NCBI GenBank assembly: GCA_045629845.1
Contig: JAZQRZ010000212.1
Location: forward strand, 1-62,136
Source of the DNA: Eggerthellaceae bacterium
GTDB lineage: Bacteria > Actinomycetota > Coriobacteriia > Coriobacteriales > Eggerthellaceae
Length of the DNA stretch: 62,136 nucleotides
Reading direction: 5' to 3'
In this document: positions 56,484 through 62,136 of the stretch, piece by piece
How positions within the stretch are numbered: the stretch's first letter is position 1
Layout: each line of letters begins with the position of its first letter
Position numbers and translations under genes: made by a program
The notes under the pieces: model-generated
Told to the model about the DNA's origin: nothing
The model's input: the letters and a program-made list of their open reading frames with translations, nothing else
Databases searched by the model: none

Positions 56484-57875
56484 TTAAGCGGCAGGTTCAC
56501 CTTCAGCAACTTCAGGCTGTGCAACAGCCTTAACTTCAGGCTTCGTTTCACCTGTAATATCGCTAGCACGCAATTCAACCGTTGTAGCCCCTGTCTGTTC
56601 AGGCAGGTCATACATCACATCGAGCAAAACGCGTTCGCAGATTGAACGCAGACCACGAGCGCCCGTTCCGTGCTCGACCGCTTCATGAGCAATAGCGCGC
56701 AAAGCTTCGTCAGTGAAGGTAAGCGTGGACTGCTCAAATTCAAACATCTTCTTGTACTGCTTAACTAAAGCGTTCTTCGGTTCGACCAAAATGCGAACCA
56801 GTTCGTCTTCAGTAAGCGCCGAAAGCGAGGTGATAACCGGAATACGGCCAACAAATTCTGGAATCATACCGAACTTGTTCAAGTCTTCAGGCAATACCTG
56901 CGAAAGCAGAGCTGCCTCGTTTGCTTCCTTGCTTTCGGGAAGTTCAGAATTGAAACCAATCGAAGCTTTACCAACACGTTCGGCAATAATGTCGGTTAAG
57001 CCAACAAACGCGCCGCCCAAAATGAACAGGATGTTTGTCGTATTAATTGGAATCAATTCTTGCTGAGGATGCTTGCGACCGCCCTGAGGAGGCACGCTAG
57101 CTTCGGTGCCTTCAACAATCTTTAGAAGCGCCTGCTGCACACCTTCGCCCGACACATCGCGGGTAATGGAAAGGTTTTCTGCCTTTCGTGCAATCTTATC
57201 AATCTCGTCGATATAAATGATGCCAATTTCTGCACGAGGAATATCGAAATCTGCAGCTGTAATAAGCTTCAGCAAAATGTTTTCGACATCTTCGCCTACG
57301 TAACCAGCCTCGGTAAGCGTGGTTGCGTCAGCAATGGCAAACGGAACACGCAAAGTACGTGCAAGAGTTTGAGCCAGAAGCGTTTTGCCTGAACCAGTGG
57401 GCCCTAACAGCAAAATATTACTTTTAGCCAATTCGACTTCATCATTGGTATCTGCATCGATACTAATGCGCTTGTAATGGTTGTAGACCGCAACCGAAAG
57501 AGCGCGTTTAGCCTGTTCCTGACCAACAACATAGTCAGATAAGTCAGCGTACAGCTGATGCGGTGTGGGAAGTGCACCAAGAATTTCATCAACGGAAGGT
57601 AATTCACCAGTACTGGGAATATAGGACTGACCCTGGGCTTGTTCCATTTGAGTTTCAAGTTCTTCGGGCGTAGTCCAACCCATAGAACCATAAGCACCAG
57701 GCTTCATCTGCATGCCTAAATCGCGCATCATTGCTTCAGCGCACGTGGCAACACATTCGTCGCAGATAAAAATATCGTCAGGCCCCTGAATCATGGCTGT
57801 GACTTCAAGCTGGCTTTTGCCGCAAAACGCACAAACCGCGCCTTCATGACCATTCGTTGTTTCTCGCGTGCTCAA
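56484..57875 (-). CDS. clpX: ATP-dependent Clp protease ATP-binding subunit ClpX
   Basis: N-terminal Zn finger (CAFCGK...CDEC), Walker A (GPTGSGKT) and an IGF-type loop region. Apparent TTG start after AGGGGAG. Confidence 0.95.
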   Translation of the reverse strand: MSTRETTNGHEGAVCAFCGKSQLEVTAMIQGPDDIFICDECVATCAEAMMRDLGMQMKPGAYGSMGWTTPEELETQMEQAQGQSYIPSTGELPSVDEILGALPTPHQLYADLSDYVVGQEQAKRALSVAVYNHYKRISIDADTNDEVELAKSNILLLGPTGSGKTLLAQTLARTLRVPFAIADATTLTEAGYVGEDVENILLKLITAADFDIPRAEIGIIYIDEIDKIARKAENLSITRDVSGEGVQQALLKIVEGTEASVPPQGGRKHPQQELIPINTTNILFILGGAFVGLTDIIAERVGKASIGFNSELPESKEANEAALLSQVLPEDLNKFGMIPEFVGRIPVITSLSALTEDELVRILVEPKNALVKQYKKMFEFEQSTLTFTDEALRAIAHEAVEHGTGARGLRSICERVLLDVMYDLPEQTGATTVELRASDITGETKPEVKAVAQPEVAEGEPAA

Positions 57876-57934
57876 TTCGCTCCCCTATCTAAGTGTGACA
57901 GGGATATTCCCCTGTCACACAACTTCATTCGTTT

Positions 57935-58552
57935 CTAAGCCGTAGCTGCTGCAACGCGCGATGTAGTAATACGGTCGACCAAGCCATACTCGAGAGCCTG
58001 CTCGGCTGTCATATAGTTATCGCGTTCGGTGTCAGCCTGGATTGTTTCAAGCGACTGACCAGTGTTTTCGGCAAGAATCTTATTCAGACGTTCGCGGGTC
58101 TTCAACATGAAGTCGGCAACAATCTGGATTTCAGTCTGCTGACCCTGAGCCTGGCCAAGCGGCTGGTGAATAAGCACCATGGAATTCGGCAGACACAAAC
58201 GCTTGCCCTTTGCACCCGACGAAAGCAGTACTGCTGCCATCGAAGCACATTCACCCAAGCAAATGGTGGACACATCGCACTTGATGAAGTTCATGGTGTC
58301 AAGAATAGCCAGACCAGCTGTAACCGAACCACCAGGCGAATTAATGTAGAGCGAAATGTCCTTATCGGGATCAGCGCTTTCCAGGTGAAGCAACTGAGCC
58401 ACGACCGAGTTTGCAACATGATCGTCAATCTGTTCGCCCAAGAAAATGATGCGATCATTTAACAGGCGCGAATAGATGTCGTAGCTGCGCTCGCCACGAG
58501 GAGATTGCTCGATAACGTACGGAATGAGTGCATTGTTAATCTGTGATGTCAT
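57935..58552 (-). CDS. clpP: ATP-dependent Clp protease proteolytic subunit
   Basis: Full-length ClpP similarity ([10 protein letters not shown]..., [12 protein letters not shown]). Confidence 0.96.
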   Translation of the reverse strand: MTSQINNALIPYVIEQSPRGERSYDIYSRLLNDRIIFLGEQIDDHVANSVVAQLLHLESADPDKDISLYINSPGGSVTAGLAILDTMNFIKCDVSTICLGECASMAAVLLSSGAKGKRLCLPNSMVLIHQPLGQAQGQQTEIQIVADFMLKTRERLNKILAENTGQSLETIQADTERDNYMTAEQALEYGLVDRITTSRVAAATA

Positions 58553-58656
58553 GAATACCTCTTTCTGCTCCGAAATCTTTAACTCCCTATAATAGTGGAA
58601 ACGGACGCGCCGAGCATCGGCACGTCCGTTTAGTGTTGCGGAACCGAAATGATCGG

Positions 58657-60030
58657 TTATTCTTCTTCAGCCTTCTTGGTCTTAGAAGACTTCTTAGCTG
58701 CCTTCTTTTCCTCAGGCTTTTCTTCAGAAACAACAGCCTTTTCAACCAGTTCGAGTGCAGCCTTCTGACGCAGGATGCCCTGGCGCAGCAGATACATCTG
58801 GCCATTCTTGCGCCATTCGTTCATCAGGTTTTCAGGATCAGAAGCGCCTGCCTTCTTGAACTCTTCGAGAACATCTTCGTCAGTTGCTTCAAGACCGGCA
58901 TGAGCAGCATAAGCGTCAAGAGCAAGATCCTGCTTGGCCATGTCTTCAGCCTGATGCTTCACATCTTCAGAGAACTGAGCAGACGTGATGCCCTGCTGCT
59001 GCAGATACATGTCAAGCGTAAGACCGCCGCGCTGCAGCTGATTGAAGAAATCCTGCAGCAACGTGGTTTCGTTTTCTTCGATAAGACCAGCAGGAATTTC
59101 GCCCTTCAGACGTTCGGCCAGCTTATCGAGAACGCGGTTTTCCTTCATGTGAGGCAAAGCATTGCCCAGCGTAGATTCGATTTCTTCAGCAACTTCCTTG
59201 CGCAGGTCTTCGACGGTTTCGACACCAATCTTTTCCTTAACCCACTCGTCAGTCAGCTTAGGCAGCTTCTGCTTCTTTACGACCAGAACCTCGACATCGA
59301 AATTGATTTCGGCGCTCTTGCCCATAAGAGCAGCTGTCATAGCAGTTGCATCAGACGGAACAGGAATGGTGAACTGCTTCGTATCACCCTTCTTCAGACC
59401 AATGATTTCTGCATCAAAGGTTTCGGGGAACAAGCCGCTACCAATCTTGTACTGCATGGAATCGGTAGTGATGGAAGGAACGTTTTCGCCCTTGTCATCA
59501 GTAGCAGTAATCTTCAGGTCTACGAACTGATCCTGTTTCACCTTGGTGTTAGCCGGAGCAGCAACGATGTCCTGATAATGCTCGAGCAGTGCGTTGATTT
59601 CTTCGTCGATCTGCTCGTCGGTTGCCTTATCGCTTGGCAGTTCGATTTCAACAGCATCGTAGTTCGAAAGTTCAGGCGTCGGCTTAATGTCAACTTCGAA
59701 GTCGAAGACGAAAACCTTGCCGTCTTCGACAAGATCCATATCTTCCTCGGCGAAATCAGGCTTGCCAACCGGATAAATACCCGTCTGGTCAACAGCAACC
59801 GGGTAGCTTTCATTCACGATGTTGTCAGTAACAACTGCGCGAACATAATCCTTACCCAGTGCGCTATCGATAACCGGACGCGGGGCCTTGCCCTTACGGA
59901 AGCCCGGAATGGTGTACTGGGTTGCAACCTGCTTATATTGCTTCTTAATGCGTTCGGTGATGGTTTTGTCGTCGATGGTGACGGTAACCTTCACACGATT
60001 GCCTTCTAATTGCTCGACTTTTGTTTCCAC
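58657..60030 (-). CDS. tig: trigger factor
   Basis: GFRKGKAP ribosome-binding signature. Sits in the tig-clpP-clpX arrangement and has a basic/acidic C-terminal tail. Confidence 0.95.
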   Translation of the reverse strand: METKVEQLEGNRVKVTVTIDDKTITERIKKQYKQVATQYTIPGFRKGKAPRPVIDSALGKDYVRAVVTDNIVNESYPVAVDQTGIYPVGKPDFAEEDMDLVEDGKVFVFDFEVDIKPTPELSNYDAVEIELPSDKATDEQIDEEINALLEHYQDIVAAPANTKVKQDQFVDLKITATDDKGENVPSITTDSMQYKIGSGLFPETFDAEIIGLKKGDTKQFTIPVPSDATAMTAALMGKSAEINFDVEVLVVKKQKLPKLTDEWVKEKIGVETVEDLRKEVAEEIESTLGNALPHMKENRVLDKLAERLKGEIPAGLIEENETTLLQDFFNQLQRGGLTLDMYLQQQGITSAQFSEDVKHQAEDMAKQDLALDAYAAHAGLEATDEDVLEEFKKAGASDPENLMNEWRKNGQMYLLRQGILRQKAALELVEKAVVSEEKPEEKKAAKKSSKTKKAEEE

Positions 60031-60149
60031 TTAGCTGTCCTTTACTTGCATCTTACATACAGCGCTCGACGCGCAAAGCAAGATTATTGCACAGATATCT
60101 ACTTGATTGAAGAACGTTCACATTCATTCTGTTATCATTTTTGTCGCGT

Positions 60150-60234
<85 letters not shown>

Positions 60235-60261
60235 TTTTTATTGGTCAGTGAAAGGATTATT

Positions 60262-61536
60262 GTGAAGGAACTCGTAAGGAAGTATAACGAGGTCAGTCTT
60301 GTATTGCGCATCGTTATTGGTCTTGTTATTGGTGTTGTATTGGCTCTCATCATCCCCTCAGATGGTAACGTCGCAGCAACCTTCATTACTTTGTTAGGCA
60401 CCTTGTTTGTTAACGCCTTAAAGGCAGTTGCCCCCATCTTGGTGTTCTTCCTTATTATCAGTGCGCTGTGCAAAGCAAAAGCACCTGGCTCTATGCGCAC
60501 CATCATTGTCCTTTACCTTATTTCAACCTTTATTGCTGCTCTGGTAGCAGTTATTGGTTCATTTATGTTCCCTATGGACCTTACGCTGGCATCTGCTGAT
60601 GAAATTAGCCAGTCTTCCCCTTCGGGCATTGGTGAAGTTCTGAACACACTGCTTATGAACATCGTTATGAACCCCGTTAAGGCACTTGTCGAAGCTAACT
60701 ACATCGGCATCTTGGTATGGGCAGCCATGATTGGTGCTGCACTTCGCGTATCAAAGGAAGGTGTTAAGGAAGTCTTCAATGCGATTGCCGATGCCGTTGC
60801 AACCATCGTGCGCTGGATCATTTCCTTGGCTCCCTTCGGTATCCTTGGCTTGGTTTACGACGCTGTTGCTACCAACGGCATGGAAATCTTCATCGAGTAT
60901 GGTCAGCTTATCGCCCTGCTTGTTTGCTGCATGCTTGTCATCGCTCTTGTTACCAATCCGCTTATGGTGTTCCTCCTTACCCGCAAGAACCCCTATCCGC
61001 TGGTTCTTCGTTGTCTGAAGGATTCTGGTATCACCGCATTCTTCACTCGCAGTTCTGCCGCTAACATCCCAGTAAACATGGAACTGTGCGGAAAGCTGGG
61101 GCTGGATAAGAACCTGTACTCGGTTTCGATTCCTTTGGGCGCTACTATCAACATGGCAGGTGCCGCTGTTACGATTTCGGTTATGGCTATGCAGGCTGCC
61201 AACACGGTTGGCTTGACTGTTGATATTCCCACCGCCGTTATTCTTTCTGCCCTCGCCGCTATTTCCGCATGCGGTGCATCGGGTGTCCCTGGCGGTTCGC
61301 TGTTGCTGATTCCTATGGCTTGTTCGCTGTTTGGCATTTCAAACGACATTGCTATGCAGGTTGTTGCTGTCGGCTTCATCATCGGCGTTATTCAGGACTC
61401 TTGCGAAACTGCCCTGAACTCGTCGTCTGACGCTTTATTTACCGCTACGGCAGAGTACCGTATCTGGAAAAAGGAAGGTCGTTCCTTCGTTATGGGTAAA
61501 GACGCCGAAGCTCAGACTGAGGTTGAAAGCGAATAA
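60262..61536 (+). CDS. sstT: serine/threonine:sodium symporter SstT
   Basis: Collinear with E. coli SstT ([63 protein letters not shown]). GTG start at 60262 after GAAAGGA. The track ORF start at 60193 lies inside the tRNA. Confidence 0.93.
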   Translation: MKELVRKYNEVSLVLRIVIGLVIGVVLALIIPSDGNVAATFITLLGTLFVNALKAVAPILVFFLIISALCKAKAPGSMRTIIVLYLISTFIAALVAVIGSFMFPMDLTLASADEISQSSPSGIGEVLNTLLMNIVMNPVKALVEANYIGILVWAAMIGAALRVSKEGVKEVFNAIADAVATIVRWIISLAPFGILGLVYDAVATNGMEIFIEYGQLIALLVCCMLVIALVTNPLMVFLLTRKNPYPLVLRCLKDSGITAFFTRSSAANIPVNMELCGKLGLDKNLYSVSIPLGATINMAGAAVTISVMAMQAANTVGLTVDIPTAVILSALAAISACGASGVPGGSLLLIPMACSLFGISNDIAMQVVAVGFIIGVIQDSCETALNSSSDALFTATAEYRIWKKEGRSFVMGKDAEAQTEVESE

Positions 61537-61559
61537 TACTCGCGCAAAAGCTTTGCAAA

Positions 61560-61598
61560 CCCCTGTATCACTGATGGTGGTACAGGGGTTTTTCTTTT
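61560..61598 (+). terminator. intrinsic terminator after sstT
   Basis: CCCCTGTA...TACAGGGG stem followed by TTTTTCTTTT. Confidence 0.85.
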
Positions 61599-61779
61599 CC
61601 CTAGAGACCCGTTCTGAAACAGTTACTTGACGAAAGCGCTAATCAGGAAGTTCTATCAGCTATAATTGCACGTCAGAGGCCTATTTTTCATTTTTTGGTA
61701 CAGGGATTGGGGAATAGGCTTGGGAACCCACAATCTGTTGGGGCTTTACGTATGCAAAGCCTAAGCTTGAAAGAACGGG

Positions 61780-62112
61780 ATGACCATGAAAAAGAAGGAA
61801 CTTCTGCGCCTACTAAATGAGTCCATCGCAGATTCTCCAAATCTTGAGCTGCGTCTTGAGACGCTGGGAAAGATTCTTATTAACGTGGACGAAAATCCCC
61901 ATGTGTCACCTCAGGATCTTTGCTGCACTTGTGGGTATGCCCTTATTGGTATCGTCGATGAAATGAAAGACAATCGCGAGCGGGTTCAAGGCGCTGTTGT
62001 TGCTGCTAAACAAGCTGAAGAACTAAAAGCTGCTGTTAAAGCTGGTCGTGAAAAAATGAAGGTTCGTGACGACGGATTACGGGTCGAGCTACCCTACCCC
62101 TTCAACTTATAA
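61780..62112 (+). CDS. hypothetical protein (110 aa)
   Basis: Complete ORF with coding-like composition. I recognise no motif. Confidence 0.5.
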   Translation: MTMKKKELLRLLNESIADSPNLELRLETLGKILINVDENPHVSPQDLCCTCGYALIGIVDEMKDNRERVQGAVVAAKQAEELKAAVKAGREKMKVRDDGLRVELPYPFNL

Positions 62113-62136
62113 AATCGCTTTCATACCTAATAAGCG

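Noticed and set aside
58633-60009. 458-aa plus-strand ORF
   Set aside because: It is antisense to trigger factor. It is Leu/Phe-rich, the mirror of the Lys/Glu-rich tig frame.

Overview
This 62.1-kb window looks like ordinary chromosome from an anaerobic Gram-positive bacterium. GC is about 50% by eye. The gene content fits an Actinomycetota/Coriobacteriia-like organism, but that is inference only: thyX, nrdDG with NrdR boxes, tig-clpP-clpX-valS, thrS, prfA-prmC, murA, lgt, an LCP protein, NifU-like and FTR-like redox proteins, and many secondary transporters. I call about 57 protein genes (mostly on the minus strand), one tRNA-Leu(UAG), one glycine riboswitch and about 10 intrinsic terminators. 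I saw no rRNA, CRISPR array, transposase, integrase or phage gene. Most long plus-strand ORFs in the track are antisense shadows of minus-strand genes. Several track ORFs carry spurious N-terminal extensions, which I trimmed to the start codon that has an RBS.

The observations most worth follow-up are:
1. The thrS leader carries a tandem pair of 5-bp-stem/7-nt-loop hairpins whose loops read U-UGU, mimicking the tRNA-Thr anticodon arm, directly next to the SD.
2. A three-gene envelope operon of unrecognisable proteins is headed by a 1491-aa bitopic protein with a cytoplasmic domain of about 1200 aa.
3. A LysR-linked module encodes a cytoplasmic two-subunit molybdopterin (bis-MGD type) oxidoreductase with no Tat signal and no membrane anchor, followed by two organic-anion permeases.
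4. A short peptide-deformylase-like gene has its catalytic HExxH changed to HMIDH and is coupled to a COG0523 metallochaperone GTPase.
5. The nrdD promoter region carries two NrdR boxes plus two inverted DnaA boxes.
6. bL31 has an Ala/Glu/Lys-rich C-terminal tail of about 90 aa.
7. A 3 x 11-bp tandem repeat lies in a divergent promoter region.
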